Shown here: piece by piece, positions 18,904 through 30,197 of the stretch
Layout: every line of letters starts with the position of its first letter
Numbering within the stretch: the stretch's first letter is position 1
Source of the DNA: an uncultured Verrucomicrobiae bacterium
GTDB taxonomy: Bacteria; Verrucomicrobiota; Verrucomicrobiia; Chthoniobacterales; Xiphinematobacteraceae
DNA: 64,000 nucleotides
Reading direction: 5' to 3'
Assembly: GCA_963706715.1 (NCBI GenBank)
Contig: CAVPNI010000002.1
Span: forward strand, 288,001 to 352,000
Notes under the pieces: model-generated
What the model saw: the letters and a program-made list of their open reading frames with translations, nothing else
Database searches by the model: none
Told to the model about the DNA's origin: nothing
Position numbers and translations under genes: made by a program

Positions 18904-19984
18904 TCAAATTCGTGTTCATGCCAAAGCAGGGGATGGAGGCTCGGGTTGCTGTAGCTTTCGTCGCGAAAAATTTGTTCCGAGAGGGGGGCCTGATGGTGGG
19001 AACGGAGGTCGCGGGGGAGACATCATCTTACAGGCTGATGAGCATACAGATAACCTGGTCTCTTTATTTTACGAACCCATAATTCGAGCCAAACATGGTA
19101 ATAACGGCCAGGGAAAGGATAAGCACGGTCGTAATGCTCAGCCCAAAATCGTACGAGTACCGGTTGGTACTGTGATTTACCGGCTTCCAAACCCGGTACC
19201 ACCCAGCCCGTTTCATGAGGATGAAGACACAAAATCCGTCCCACCCAAAAGTAAGGTGAATCTTTCGGCCTTGGAAGTCGTGGGCGATCTCATTGAAGCC
19301 AACCAGCGTTTTATTCTTTGTACCGGAGGCGATGGAGGAAAGGGGAATACTCACTTTAAGTCTTCGACCAACCGGGCCCCGCGTCATTTCACACCCGGAT
19401 TTCCAGGAGAAGAGGCCTGGTTTGTCTTTGAATTGAGAACCATAGCGTTCGCAGGCTTAGTCGGATATCCCAATGCTGGTAAATCCACCCTGTTAGGCGC
19501 TATCTCGGCTGCGCACCCCAAAGTGGCCTCATACCCCTTTACGACCCTGCGGCCTTCGGTCGGAGTTGTGAAATTGCCAGGATATCAGCGAGTTACTGTC
19601 GCGGACATTCCAGGATTGATCCAAGGGGCTCATGCTAACAAGGGATTAGGTCATGAATTTCTGCGACACATAGTTCGCTGCAAAATGCTCCTGTTTGTTA
19701 TTGATATGGCGGGTAGTGAAGGGAGAAACCCTTTGGAAGATTTTCGTGCGCTCCGTAAGGAACTTAATCTTTACGACCCAACGCTCTCCGCGAAACCCTG
19801 GGCCGTTGTAGCCAATAAAATGGACCTTCCCGAGGCCGCTAGCCACTTAAAGGTATTTCAATCCGAAATCAAAAAAGCACCTATTATTCCGGCTGCGGTG
19901 AGTATAGGACAGGGTACCGAGCTGATTAAAGAACTCCTTGCCGAATCGGAACGGACTTCGTCCGACTCTGTTAGAAACCTGTAG
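18893..19984 (+). CDS. obgE: GTPase Obg/CgtA
   Basis: MFVDQ, FRREKFVPRGGPDGG, GYPNAGKST, DIPG and NKMD motifs. Confidence 0.96.
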   Translation: MFVDQIRVHAKAGDGGSGCCSFRREKFVPRGGPDGGNGGRGGDIILQADEHTDNLVSLFYEPIIRAKHGNNGQGKDKHGRNAQPKIVRVPVGTVIYRLPNPVPPSPFHEDEDTKSVPPKSKVNLSALEVVGDLIEANQRFILCTGGDGGKGNTHFKSSTNRAPRHFTPGFPGEEAWFVFELRTIAFAGLVGYPNAGKSTLLGAISAAHPKVASYPFTTLRPSVGVVKLPGYQRVTVADIPGLIQGAHANKGLGHEFLRHIVRCKMLLFVIDMAGSEGRNPLEDFRALRKELNLYDPTLSAKPWAVVANKMDLPEAASHLKVFQSEIKKAPIIPAAVSIGQGTELIKELLAESERTSSDSVRNL

Positions 19985-20014
19985 CTGGAAAGTGCGAATT
20001 TCGCTATAAGTTTT

Positions 20015-22921
20015 GTGACTCATCATCGCCCTGTCATTCATATTAAGGGAGCTAGGCAACATAATCTGAAAAACCTCGACATCGAGATTCCACGAAACCG
20101 GTTTGTTGTGGTGACCGGAGTCAGCGGATCGGGAAAATCCTCATTGGCCTTTGATACTTTATATGCGGAGGGACAGCGGAAATATGTCGAAAGCCTTTCC
20201 GCTTATGCCCGGCAGTTTCTCGATCAAATGCAAAAGCCAGATGTGGATTTTATTGAAGGGCTCTCTCCTGCTATTGCCATCGAGCAGCGGACTGCTCTGG
20301 CAAGCCCGCGCTCCACTATTGCGACAACCACTGAAATATACGACTATCTCCGCCTTTTGTATGCCGCGGTAGGCTTGCCACACGATCCGGAAACAGGAGA
20401 GCCCGTCATTCGACAAACGACACAGCAAATTATTGACGAAATACTAGCCTGGAAAGAGGGGACACACATTATTCTCCTTGCTCCTCTGGTTCGACAAGAA
20501 ACCGGAGAATTGAAGGATGTGATAGAAAAAGCTCTGCGTGAAGGTTTTGTCCGCCTGCGCATCGATGGTGAAATTGTTGAACTTGAAAAACCCGATTCCA
20601 TCCGCTTAGCACATACAGGTCGGCACGATATTGATGCTGTAATCGATCGTATCTTGATTAAGAAAGATATCCGGCAACGTTTGGCAGATTCTGTCGAGAC
20701 CGCTTTGCGGCAGGGTAAAAATCAACTGACTGTGCTCTGGCAGTCAACTTCTTCGAAGGAATGGAAGGAGCGCCAATTTTCCACTCACTATTCCAATCCA
20801 CGCACAGGTTTTACGATCGCCAATCTCACATCGAAGCATTTTTCTTTTAATAGCCACCTGGGAGCCTGTCCGGCTTGTCAAGGCATTGGATCGGAGGCAT
20901 TCTTTGATCCCGATTTGATGGTCGATCCTACAAAAACCTTGGACGAAGGCGCAATCAAGGTCTGGCGTACGGGCAATCCGAAGATGAAGCAATACTATAC
21001 CACATTGCTTGAGAGTCTGGTGAGATATTTTTGTGTCGCGCGTGATCAGCCATTTCGGGATCTTCCGTCATCTTTTCGGCAAGCTTTATTTTATGGAATG
21101 GAAGGGAGAAAAGCTCCGAAATCCAAGGGATCGGAAACTCCCGTATTTGTGGGGATTGTGCCTCAGGTGAAGCGTATGTTTGCAGAAAGCGAAAGTGAGC
21201 TCACCAGAAAGCGTCTGCGCATGTTCATGTCTCGAAGGACCTGCCAAGTTTGCAAAGGTGCTCGACTGCGTCCGGAAATTCTGGCCGTAACAGTAGAATC
21301 TACCTCACATCAGCAATTAAATATTTACCAATTCTGTCAGATGACCATTGAGGAGTGCCGCAAATGGATAGATACCATTCAGCTCTCAGAGCCACAACGC
21401 CACATTGTGGCAGATGTTCTTCGCGAGATCTCGCATCGCATTGATTTTCTTCTTCAAGTTGGTCTTGGCTATCTGAACTTAAATCGGGAAAGCAGTACAC
21501 TTTCTGGTGGTGAGGCGCAGCGTATTCGGCTTGCAGCTCAAATAGGCTCCGGTCTCTCCGGTGTGCTTTACGTGCTAGACGAACCCAGCATCGGTCTGCA
21601 TCAACGAGACAATGCACGTCTTATCAAAACATTGCGAAGCCTGCGTGACCTTGGAAATTCGGTGATCGTGGTCGAGCATGATGAGGACACCATTCGGGCC
21701 AGCGATTATATCCTGGACCTTGGGCCAGGTGCGGGTCCTCATGGTGGGCGGCTGGTTGCCCAAGGAACTCTTGAAGACATCTTACAATCTGAAGCATCGC
21801 TGACGGCTCAGTACCTCAATGGCCGACTGAGGATACCAATTCCCAAGCTACGTGTTTCCCCACCCAAATCAAATCCAACTGGCTCAAAAAACGATGCTTG
21901 GATTACCGTCGTTGGAGCTCAGGAAAATAACTTAAAAAATATTACCGCGGCTTTCCCTATGGGATGCCTGACCTGTGTAACTGGTGTTTCCGGAAGCGGT
22001 AAATCCACCCTTGTAAACGACATCCTGTACGCTGCTTTGGCAAGGGATCTTGCCGGTGCAAAATCTAAACCAGGATTATACTCTAAGATTCTAGGCGTAA
22101 ATCAATTAGAAAAAGTTATTATAATTAATCAGGCACCACTGGGCCGAACCTCGCGTTCCAATCCCGCAACTTACAGTGGTATCTTCAGTGCTATTCGCGA
22201 TCTCTTCGCTGGACTGTCGGCAGCCCGCGTTCGCGGTTATGATCCGAGTAGATTTTCCTTCAACATTAAGGGCGGCCGTTGTGAGCATTGTCAAGGAGCT
22301 GGAGTGATCCAAATTGAAATGCACTTTTTAGCGGACATTTATACGGAGTGTGAGATTTGTCATGGCAAACGTTACAATCGAGAAACACTGGAAATTACTT
22401 ATAAAGGAAAAAATATCGCAGATGTGCTGGCTCTGAGTGTCGAAGAAGCTGCTCATTTCTTTCGAAATATTCCTGCTATTTCAAGCAAACTTGAGACCCT
22501 CCGGAACGTTGGCTTAAGTTATATCCGTCTCGGACAATCGGCTGCTACCTTGTCCGGGGGAGAGGCCCAGCGTGTTAAATTAGCTTCTGAACTGGCAAAG
22601 AAAAGTACCGGCAGAACTCTTTATATCTTAGACGAACCCACGACCGGCCTTCATTTTGCAGATATTCATAAGCTTCTTGAGGTCTTGATTAAGCTGCGGG
22701 ATACTGGCAATACCTTAATTGTTATTGAACATAATTTGGAAGTTATTAAATGTGCGGATTGGGTGATTGATCTGGGACCTGAAGGTGGAGAAAAAGGCGG
22801 ATTTATTGTTGTTGAAGGGACGCCTGAAGAAGTGGGGCGCCACCCGCAAGGTCACACCGGGCATTATCTGCAAAAAGTATTGCGCACAGAGATCCATGAT
22901 CATGAACTGCATCCGCAGTGA
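20015..22921 (+). CDS. uvrA: excinuclease ABC subunit A
   Basis: GARQHNLKN, two GVSGSGKS Walker A motifs, two LSGGEAQR signatures and zinc fingers. Confidence 0.98.
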   Translation: MTHHRPVIHIKGARQHNLKNLDIEIPRNRFVVVTGVSGSGKSSLAFDTLYAEGQRKYVESLSAYARQFLDQMQKPDVDFIEGLSPAIAIEQRTALASPRSTIATTTEIYDYLRLLYAAVGLPHDPETGEPVIRQTTQQIIDEILAWKEGTHIILLAPLVRQETGELKDVIEKALREGFVRLRIDGEIVELEKPDSIRLAHTGRHDIDAVIDRILIKKDIRQRLADSVETALRQGKNQLTVLWQSTSSKEWKERQFSTHYSNPRTGFTIANLTSKHFSFNSHLGACPACQGIGSEAFFDPDLMVDPTKTLDEGAIKVWRTGNPKMKQYYTTLLESLVRYFCVARDQPFRDLPSSFRQALFYGMEGRKAPKSKGSETPVFVGIVPQVKRMFAESESELTRKRLRMFMSRRTCQVCKGARLRPEILAVTVESTSHQQLNIYQFCQMTIEECRKWIDTIQLSEPQRHIVADVLREISHRIDFLLQVGLGYLNLNRESSTLSGGEAQRIRLAAQIGSGLSGVLYVLDEPSIGLHQRDNARLIKTLRSLRDLGNSVIVVEHDEDTIRASDYILDLGPGAGPHGGRLVAQGTLEDILQSEASLTAQYLNGRLRIPIPKLRVSPPKSNPTGSKNDAWITVVGAQENNLKNITAAFPMGCLTCVTGVSGSGKSTLVNDILYAALARDLAGAKSKPGLYSKILGVNQLEKVIIINQAPLGRTSRSNPATYSGIFSAIRDLFAGLSAARVRGYDPSRFSFNIKGGRCEHCQGAGVIQIEMHFLADIYTECEICHGKRYNRETLEITYKGKNIADVLALSVEEAAHFFRNIPAISSKLETLRNVGLSYIRLGQSAATLSGGEAQRVKLASELAKKSTGRTLYILDEPTTGLHFADIHKLLEVLIKLRDTGNTLIVIEHNLEVIKCADWVIDLGPEGGEKGGFIVVEGTPEEVGRHPQGHTGHYLQKVLRTEIHDHELHPQ

Positions 22922-25358
22922 TAGCTTGATAATAGCAAAACACTTTTGCAGCAAAGTCGCGGCAAAATGCCGCTGTGCGGCACTTGTAAGTGTATTCATT
23001 TTGACGGAGGGGAGCCTTTGTTACGCCAAAGATCAGATAGAGGAAGCATTGGCGCCTCGCTCCGAAGGCCTTCCTCAAGTGACTATCGCAAGGCTTTCTG
23101 ATATTCTTAACAACTCCCCTATCAATCAGTCTGATAAATTACGCGTTCTGCGAGAACTTGGCCGAACGTATTTCGAAGCGGGTCGATTGGCTGATGCTAT
23201 CGGGATTCTTCGTCCCCTTTCCGCCGACCCGGCGGCTGGCTTTTGGTTGGCACAGGCTTTTGCAGCTCAGGGAGAATATGCACAGGCGCTTTCTCTTTAC
23301 CAAAAGGCACGCGCTGATGAAAATTTGCAACCTTATGCTACTTTGGGAGAGGCACGGATGTTGCATGCATTGAAGAAAAACAGCGCGGCGCTTGCTTTGT
23401 TGGCCGAGATTCCTACGGAGAGTTTAGTAGCTGATGCCGTTGCACTGGAGAGGGCGAATATTCTTTTAGATCTCGACCGTCTGGCAGAAGCATCCGCTAT
23501 TTTAAAAGCAAACGCGGCCTCATCTTCCTGGGAACATTATCTTTTAGCGAGGATAGCGATGCTGGAAAGGCGTTGGGGAGATGCAGCGGCTCTTTTAACT
23601 CGTATCCAATCGGACGATAACGAGCTTATGAGAAATATTCTGCTCGCACGGGCTGAATGTTTTTACCAGACGGGAGATTTTGCGTCGGCAGAAAATTTAT
23701 TGGCGAAATTTATTCAAGAACATCCGGAACATCCTGCCTTGCCTGTTGTGTTTGCCAAACTCGATGAAGTCTATGGCCGGGAAAGCAGCCCTTCTGGTGG
23801 TGATCTTCGTCGATGGGCTGAGGACGCCAATCACCCCGTCCGCGCAGGCTACGCCCGGTTTTATCGTGCTCGGAACGAGTCTCGGACTGGTTTTTCAGAC
23901 AGTGCCGTAGCACTTTTTCGCGAATTCATTCGCGATTTGCCTCAACATCCTCTTGTTAATTCCGCACGTGCTGAACTAGCTGAGCACTCTCTGCATAATT
24001 GCAAACCTCAGAATGCCTTGGATATTCTTTCCGCGTTTCAGTCCAATTCGTCCGAAGCAAAAGAAATTGCTAACAAAGTTAATTTTTTGCGCGGTAGCGC
24101 GCTATTCGCTCTCAGCCGGTACGCGGAAGCAGCCGGTGCATTTTTGGAGGCAGGCAGTCAAGATTCTTCACCAATGGCTGAAAGTGCTCTTTATAACTCG
24201 GCACTGTCTTACTTACTTGCCAACTCGTTTGCCACCACTAATCCGGCACAACTCGAGCTCATGAGGCGTTACCCCAGCGGACATGCTCTCCAGCAGCTCC
24301 GCTTCGTTGAAGCTTTGCAAAAGGCAAAATGGAAACACTCTGATGCTGCTCAAGCATTGGCTGACGTTGCAAGATTTTCAGCGCGTGCACAATTGGCATT
24401 TGTCGAGTTCTGTTTTGCTAGTAAGGATCTGAAACGTGCCTCCAGTGAGTGGATGCGATTTGCTGACCATCCCGGAGCATTTAACGATCGTGCAGCCTAT
24501 TTGGCTATCTTTTTAGCCGGGAATGGTACGGAAGGGGCCGACGATCATGTGATCCGGCTCGCACGAGATTTTCTGGATGCTTATCCTAACTCTTCTTTTA
24601 AGCCTGAGGTACGGATGAAGCTGGGCGAAATTTTCTTTCGACGCGGAAATTTTTTGGCAGCTCGAATTCAGTTCGAAAGCCTCGCACGTGAATTTCCCGA
24701 TTCGCCGTTGAAGGAACCTGCTCTTTTTTTTGCAGGGCAAAGCGCGATTCGGACCATGGAACCATCCGCCATTGAAAACGCAATGCTCATTTTCGAAGAA
24801 GTAGCCAAGATGAAAGGACCGTTTGCTTGGCGAGCGCGCTTGGAACAAGCTCGAGTTCAGGAAACTACGGAGCATCCCGACCAGGCTCTGCTTATTCTAA
24901 AAAATATTCTCGCCTCTCAGATCGATTCCGAGGTTCGCCTTGAAGTCCTCACGATGCAGGGCAATATTCTCTTTGGTCAGGGAATTGCCTCTTCTGAAAA
25001 TTACGCTCGGGCAATCCAATCCTGGCAACAAATCATCTCTGATCCAAAAGTGACCTTGCCTTGGAAAAATCAAGCTCTTACTAAGATTGGCGCAGCGTAC
25101 CAAAAGTTGGGTGATACCGACAGAGCGCTTGCCAGCTATTATGAAGTTTTCAATGTATTTGATCCCGCCAATCCGGAATTTTTCTGGTTTTATAAAGCAG
25201 GCTTTGATGCGGGAAAACTTCTTGAATCCAAAAAGGAGTGGAATGGAGCCATTCATATCTATCAACAGTTAGCTTCTATTCCTGGTCCACGAGCACAGGA
25301 AGCCGAGCAACGCCTGGAACGTCTTAAGCAGGAAAATTTTATCCGGGGGGCCAAATAA
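22896..25358 (+). CDS. large TPR-repeat exported protein (BamD/CpoB-like repeats)
   Basis: Repeated TPR helices with YPxS/FPDS turns; start uncertain. Confidence 0.8.
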   Translation: MIMNCIRSDSLIIAKHFCSKVAAKCRCAALVSVFILTEGSLCYAKDQIEEALAPRSEGLPQVTIARLSDILNNSPINQSDKLRVLRELGRTYFEAGRLADAIGILRPLSADPAAGFWLAQAFAAQGEYAQALSLYQKARADENLQPYATLGEARMLHALKKNSAALALLAEIPTESLVADAVALERANILLDLDRLAEASAILKANAASSSWEHYLLARIAMLERRWGDAAALLTRIQSDDNELMRNILLARAECFYQTGDFASAENLLAKFIQEHPEHPALPVVFAKLDEVYGRESSPSGGDLRRWAEDANHPVRAGYARFYRARNESRTGFSDSAVALFREFIRDLPQHPLVNSARAELAEHSLHNCKPQNALDILSAFQSNSSEAKEIANKVNFLRGSALFALSRYAEAAGAFLEAGSQDSSPMAESALYNSALSYLLANSFATTNPAQLELMRRYPSGHALQQLRFVEALQKAKWKHSDAAQALADVARFSARAQLAFVEFCFASKDLKRASSEWMRFADHPGAFNDRAAYLAIFLAGNGTEGADDHVIRLARDFLDAYPNSSFKPEVRMKLGEIFFRRGNFLAARIQFESLAREFPDSPLKEPALFFAGQSAIRTMEPSAIENAMLIFEEVAKMKGPFAWRARLEQARVQETTEHPDQALLILKNILASQIDSEVRLEVLTMQGNILFGQGIASSENYARAIQSWQQIISDPKVTLPWKNQALTKIGAAYQKLGDTDRALASYYEVFNVFDPANPEFFWFYKAGFDAGKLLESKKEWNGAIHIYQQLASIPGPRAQEAEQRLERLKQENFIRGAK

Positions 25359-25392
25359 CGCCCACATCTTTGCTATAAATACCTTCCCTTTT

Positions 25393-26487
25393 ATGGAATC
25401 TTCAAAAACTAATCCTCACATAAAACTTTACATTCCGGGGCCGGTCGAAGTTTCGGAGAAAACACTGCACGCTTTGTCTCAACCAATGATTGGACACCGG
25501 AGCGATGAATTTAGAGAGCTGTACGCCGAAATGAATACCAAGTTGCAAGCCCTGTTTGAGACTCAGCAGCCTGTTTTCCTTTCCACATCCTCTGCCTGGG
25601 GTGTGATGGAGGCATCCATCCGCAATTTGGTGAATAAAAAAGTGCTCAACTGTATGTGTGGTGCATTTTCCGACAAGTGGCTTGACGTCAGTAAACGTTG
25701 CGGGAAAGAGGCTGAATCATTGCAAGTAGAATGGGGGCAGCCGATTACAGCTGAGAGTGTGGAAGCAAAACTCAGCGAGGGCGGATTTGATGCAATGACG
25801 CTTGTTCATAACGAGACATCGTGCGGCCTCAAAAATCCTTTGCGAGAAATTGCGGCAGTAGTCCGAAAGTTTCCGGAAGTCCTCTTCATTGTAGATACCG
25901 TCTCCTCATTTTCAACCGAGTCCATTCCTATGGATGAGCTCGGTATTGATGTCCTGCTCACTGGGAGCCAAAAAGCCTTGGCTCTGCCGCCCGGCCTAGC
26001 CATTTTTAGCGTCTCTCAACGCGCCTTCGAACGTGCTGCTTCCGTTCCCGCACGCGGATACTACTTCGACTTTTTAGAATTTAAAAATAATCAAGTGCAG
26101 AACATGACCCCGACTACTCCGTCGCTACCTCATATATATGCTTTGCATTCGAAACTTGAAGATATCTTTAATGAAGGGCTCGAGAACCGTTATGCACGCC
26201 ACCGCCGCTTAAATTCCCTGGTTCACGAATGGGTATGCCGCAACGGCTTTGGATTTTTTGCGCCTGAAGGTTATCGTTCGTTGTCCTTAACATGCGTTGC
26301 TAATCATCGAAAGATCAACGTTGCCGCCTGGGTGAAGCGTCTCCGGAAAAAACACCACATGGTCATCGACGATGGCTACGGCAAAATTAAAGAAAAGACA
26401 TTTCGTATTTCCAACATGGGTGACGAGACAGAAGAAAGCATCACACTAATGCTCAGTGCGTTAGACGATACGTTGGAAGCAACGTGA
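25393..26487 (+). CDS. class V PLP aminotransferase (serine-pyruvate/alanine-glyoxylate family)
   Basis: IPGPV, IGHRS, VHNETSCG, VDTVSS and GSQKALALPPG motifs. Confidence 0.92.
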   Translation: MESSKTNPHIKLYIPGPVEVSEKTLHALSQPMIGHRSDEFRELYAEMNTKLQALFETQQPVFLSTSSAWGVMEASIRNLVNKKVLNCMCGAFSDKWLDVSKRCGKEAESLQVEWGQPITAESVEAKLSEGGFDAMTLVHNETSCGLKNPLREIAAVVRKFPEVLFIVDTVSSFSTESIPMDELGIDVLLTGSQKALALPPGLAIFSVSQRAFERAASVPARGYYFDFLEFKNNQVQNMTPTTPSLPHIYALHSKLEDIFNEGLENRYARHRRLNSLVHEWVCRNGFGFFAPEGYRSLSLTCVANHRKINVAAWVKRLRKKHHMVIDDGYGKIKEKTFRISNMGDETEESITLMLSALDDTLEAT

Positions 26488-27420
26488 GCCAAAATCGCTG
26501 GCAGGCTGATCCAAGGAAAGCATCGCAGCACCAAAAACCCCTGCGCTGTCCCCTAAGAGCGGACGTAAAAGAGGCGTCTCGAATGTTTGGTTGAAAATCC
26601 GAGAGCGAATTTTTTCGCGCGTGGATTCGGAATACAGTTCGTCGATGTTTCCTACGCCTCCGCCAATAACAATGGCATGCGGATCTAGCGTATTAATAAT
26701 AATAGTAATCGCATCAGCAAAACGGTCCGTCAGATACGCAATTGTCGTATCCGCTGCGGAATCAGTCCCAGTATGAGCTCGCTCAACAATTTCTTTGAGA
26801 TGGCAATGTCTTCCCGTTTTGGTTTCATAAAATTTTTCCAAAGCGGGACCGCTGATGAAGGCTTCGATAGTACCTTTGGTACCGTATACGGAAGCGGGCC
26901 CAAGTGGGTCGAGGACGATTTGCCCCCATTCGCCTACGATTCCGTGACGCCCCTCCAGGACATTGCCACGTACTACGATGCCACCTCCGACACCTGTCCC
27001 CATAATAATGCCAAAAACAGTTTCGAACCCTTGCGCAGCGCCGCAAGTAGCTTCCGCAAGTGCACAGCAATTGGCATCGTTTGCCAAAGCAATTTTTATT
27101 CCCAGGACCGTCCCCAGGTCCTTGCCGAGAGAACGGCCATTCAAGCAAAGCGTGTTGCATCCCTTCATAACATGACTGATAGGGTCCGGAATCCCAGGTG
27201 TTCCAATGCCAATCTTGGCAGGAAGAGGAAGACCAGTATCATGGCAAAGGAGACCGCATATTTTTTTGATATTTTCCAAAACACGATCATAGCCCAGGTT
27301 GGCTTCGGTGGGAATTCGCAGGCGGCAGAGTGGAGCTTCCGGGGAGGAAGGAAAAATGACAATGCCTTCAATTTTCGTTCCGCCCAGATCAATTCCGAAA
27401 CAGGGTGCTTCTTGAGTCAT
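26461..27420 (-). CDS. ROK family sugar kinase (Mak/fructokinase-like)
   Basis: GIDLGGTKIE, NDANC, GTGVGGG and GDSAGVFGAA motifs. Confidence 0.9.
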   Translation of the reverse strand: MTQEAPCFGIDLGGTKIEGIVIFPSSPEAPLCRLRIPTEANLGYDRVLENIKKICGLLCHDTGLPLPAKIGIGTPGIPDPISHVMKGCNTLCLNGRSLGKDLGTVLGIKIALANDANCCALAEATCGAAQGFETVFGIIMGTGVGGGIVVRGNVLEGRHGIVGEWGQIVLDPLGPASVYGTKGTIEAFISGPALEKFYETKTGRHCHLKEIVERAHTGTDSAADTTIAYLTDRFADAITIIINTLDPHAIVIGGGVGNIDELYSESTREKIRSRIFNQTFETPLLRPLLGDSAGVFGAAMLSLDQPASDFGSRCFQRIV

Positions 27421-27465
27421 AAATAAAATTTATTAATTAAATATAAGAGTCCGGAACAAGATATC

Positions 27466-28980
27466 CTAATAAGATTTGGCAAAAACGACGCGTTGAGCGC
27501 TAGGTTCTCCCGTGAAAATACAGATTCCTGGTTCCGGTGACGGGGCTGCCGGAATACACCGAATCGTTACCTTGAGGTCTTCTTTGAGCTTTTGCTCGAC
27601 GGCCGCTGAACCATTCCAGTGAGCCAATGCGAATCCCCCATGGATTTCAGGTTTGTTTGTACTTTTTGGTGTGAAAAATTGATAAAATTCTTCCTGCGTG
27701 TCGATGGAACGCGTGTGAAGATCGCGAAATTGGGTAGCGCGGTTCAACAGGTTTTTCTGCATGTCCGTTAAAAGCGTAGGGATCTCTGAAACGGCTTGTT
27801 TCGTAGAAAGAACGCGTTTCTCCTTAGGAGCATGATCACGCTGGGAAAGCACAACGGAGTCGCCCTCAAGATCGCGAGGACCGAGTTCAAGGCGTATCGG
27901 GACACCTTTCTTAAGCCATTCCCAGTTTTTCACCCCACCGCCCAAATCGCGAGTATCTAATTCCACATGGAGGGATTGACCGTAAAAAGATTGTTCACGG
28001 AGTCTTGCGGCAAGAGACTCTGCTTTTGCCAGAACTGAGGCCCGCGTTTCCTCCTTGGGCGTAATGGGGATGATGACAACGTGTGCAGGCGCTATGCGAG
28101 GTGGTAGGATCAGCCCGTTATCGTCACTATGCATCATAACCAGCGTTCCGATCAGACGGGTACTGACGCCCCAGCTAGTAGTCCAAGCATATTCAAGTTG
28201 GCCTGTGCGCGATTGAAACTGGATGCCCGAGGCTCGTGAAAAATTTTGGCCTAGAAAGTGGGAAGTACCGGCTTGAATTGCTTTGCAATCTTGCACTATG
28301 GTCTCAATACAATAGGTACGCAAAGCCCCAGGGAAACGCTCAGCCGCAGTTTTTTCGCCGCTGATAATCGGCAAGGCAAGATAGTCGCGCGCAAAAGTCG
28401 TGTAAATTTGCAGCATCTTTTCAGTCTCTTCGACCGCTTCGGCCTCTGTTTCGTGCACAGTGTGGCCCTCCTGCCAAAGAAATTCAGTGGTTCGTAAAAA
28501 CAAACGAGGGCGCATTTCCCAACGGACGACGTTGGCCCATTGATTGAGAAGAATAGGAAGATCACGGTATGAGTTGACCCATTTGGAGACCGTGGCCCCA
28601 ATGACCGTTTCCGACGTTGGACGGACTACCAAAGGTTCAGCAAGTGGCGAAGTCGGCACGAGTTTGCCGTCACGTGTTTCAAGCCGATGGTGAGTGACTA
28701 CTGCACATTCCTTTGCAAAGCCTTCGACATGCTCCGCTTCCTTTTGAAGATGACTCAGGGGGATAAATAAAGGAAAATAGGCGTTGCGGTGACCAGTGTC
28801 TTTAAACATCCGGTCGAGGACAGCTTGCATGTTTTCCCAAAGTGCATACCCCCACGGTTTGATGACCATGCATCCCCTTACTTCGGAATTTTCGGCTAAA
28901 TCACCAGCTCGGACGACTTGCTGATACCATTCCGGAAAATCCTCCTCGCGAGTGGGACTGATGGCATGTTGCGATTTCAT
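27466..28980 (-). CDS. proS: proline-tRNA ligase (eukaryote/archaeal-like type)
   Basis: FPEWYQQVV, HVEGFAKE, RPTSET, FLWQEGH, GTSHFLGQNF and C-terminal AKSY. Confidence 0.97.
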   Translation of the reverse strand: MKSQHAISPTREEDFPEWYQQVVRAGDLAENSEVRGCMVIKPWGYALWENMQAVLDRMFKDTGHRNAYFPLFIPLSHLQKEAEHVEGFAKECAVVTHHRLETRDGKLVPTSPLAEPLVVRPTSETVIGATVSKWVNSYRDLPILLNQWANVVRWEMRPRLFLRTTEFLWQEGHTVHETEAEAVEETEKMLQIYTTFARDYLALPIISGEKTAAERFPGALRTYCIETIVQDCKAIQAGTSHFLGQNFSRASGIQFQSRTGQLEYAWTTSWGVSTRLIGTLVMMHSDDNGLILPPRIAPAHVVIIPITPKEETRASVLAKAESLAARLREQSFYGQSLHVELDTRDLGGGVKNWEWLKKGVPIRLELGPRDLEGDSVVLSQRDHAPKEKRVLSTKQAVSEIPTLLTDMQKNLLNRATQFRDLHTRSIDTQEEFYQFFTPKSTNKPEIHGGFALAHWNGSAAVEQKLKEDLKVTIRCIPAAPSPEPGICIFTGEPSAQRVVFAKSY

Positions 28981-28993
28981 GAAAAGCTCAATC

Positions 28994-30109
28994 TTACCCC
29001 GGAAGATTTTTTAAAAACGACTCAAAAAATTCAGCTCCTTGCTCCAAGTCGGAAATTTTTAGAAATTCATCCGCTATATGGGCTTGTTCAATGGAGCCTG
29101 GACCAATTGCTACGGCTGGTGTACCTACCGCTGCAAAAGAGGTGGCATCACAAAACCAGGACGCCGCTGCCAGCCCTGCGCCCATTGTTAAAAGTTGTTG
29201 AATGATGGGGTGATCAGGCGATGTGTCCAGAGGAGGCGATTCGCGTTCTTCAAATTCCAAATCAGGAAAGTTTCGAAGGAGGTCCTCTTTAAAGTCGTCT
29301 ATATTTTGTCCCGGTACTGTCCGGATATCCAAGACGGCTTCACAGAGATCGGGCACGATATTGTGTCGCATCCCACCGTGAATCATCCCAACATTGACCG
29401 TCGGAGTCCCAAGATCCGAATGGACCAGCTTGCTGAGCTGGGGTGTTGCAACCAATTGGACCCAATGGAGGACATTTGTCATTTTCAGTATGGCATTTTG
29501 TCCTTTTTCAGGTGAGGACCCATGTGCGGCGAGGCCGCGGGTACGAAGTTTTAACCAGAGGTTCCCCTTTGTTTTGTGGACTACTTGCAGATGGGTAGGT
29601 TCTCCGATCACCACAAAATCAAAATGCTTCCCGCCAGCTAACTTTCGAGAGCCCGTTTGACGAGTTTCCTCATCTGCGAGTCCGGCAAACCAAACTTCCC
29701 AAGGGAATTGAGAAATTTGGTCTTTGCATTTGTGCAAAGCCCAGAGCATCGCTGCCATGGAACCTTTTGTATCAGTGGCACCACGTCCCCAAATGCGCCC
29801 ATCCCGTATTTCCGCTGAAAAAGGGGGAATAGTCATTCCCGCTACCGACACCGTATCCAAGTGCGGAGCAAAGAGTAATCGGGGTTTTTTGGTTTGGCTT
29901 GCAGAGGGGAAGCAAGCGAGAACGTTTGGACGTCCGGGCAGTGCTTCCTGAAAAGAGACATTTGCTCCCAGACATTGCAACAACTCCCCCACATAAGTAG
30001 CAATTGCGGATTCTCCTGTGGTGCTGCAACCAGCATCTCCTTCGGGATTCACACTTGGAATACGAATCAGCTCTTGGAGGAGAGCTCCGGCAGAGATGGG
30101 CCAAATCAT
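28994..30109 (-). CDS. M20 family metallopeptidase/deacylase (ArgE/DapE-like)
   Basis: HLDTV, GRGATDTKG, DEE, GEPT and AHIADE motifs. Confidence 0.9.
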   Translation of the reverse strand: MIWPISAGALLQELIRIPSVNPEGDAGCSTTGESAIATYVGELLQCLGANVSFQEALPGRPNVLACFPSASQTKKPRLLFAPHLDTVSVAGMTIPPFSAEIRDGRIWGRGATDTKGSMAAMLWALHKCKDQISQFPWEVWFAGLADEETRQTGSRKLAGGKHFDFVVIGEPTHLQVVHKTKGNLWLKLRTRGLAAHGSSPEKGQNAILKMTNVLHWVQLVATPQLSKLVHSDLGTPTVNVGMIHGGMRHNIVPDLCEAVLDIRTVPGQNIDDFKEDLLRNFPDLEFEERESPPLDTSPDHPIIQQLLTMGAGLAAASWFCDATSFAAVGTPAVAIGPGSIEQAHIADEFLKISDLEQGAEFFESFLKNLPG

Positions 30110-30197
30110 TTTGCTGTGGTTCTATCGAAGAAAGGTAACTTGTAGTGCAACAAAAACATTATTTTGTAACTTCGGCTTCTAAAGGAAACTGACGAAG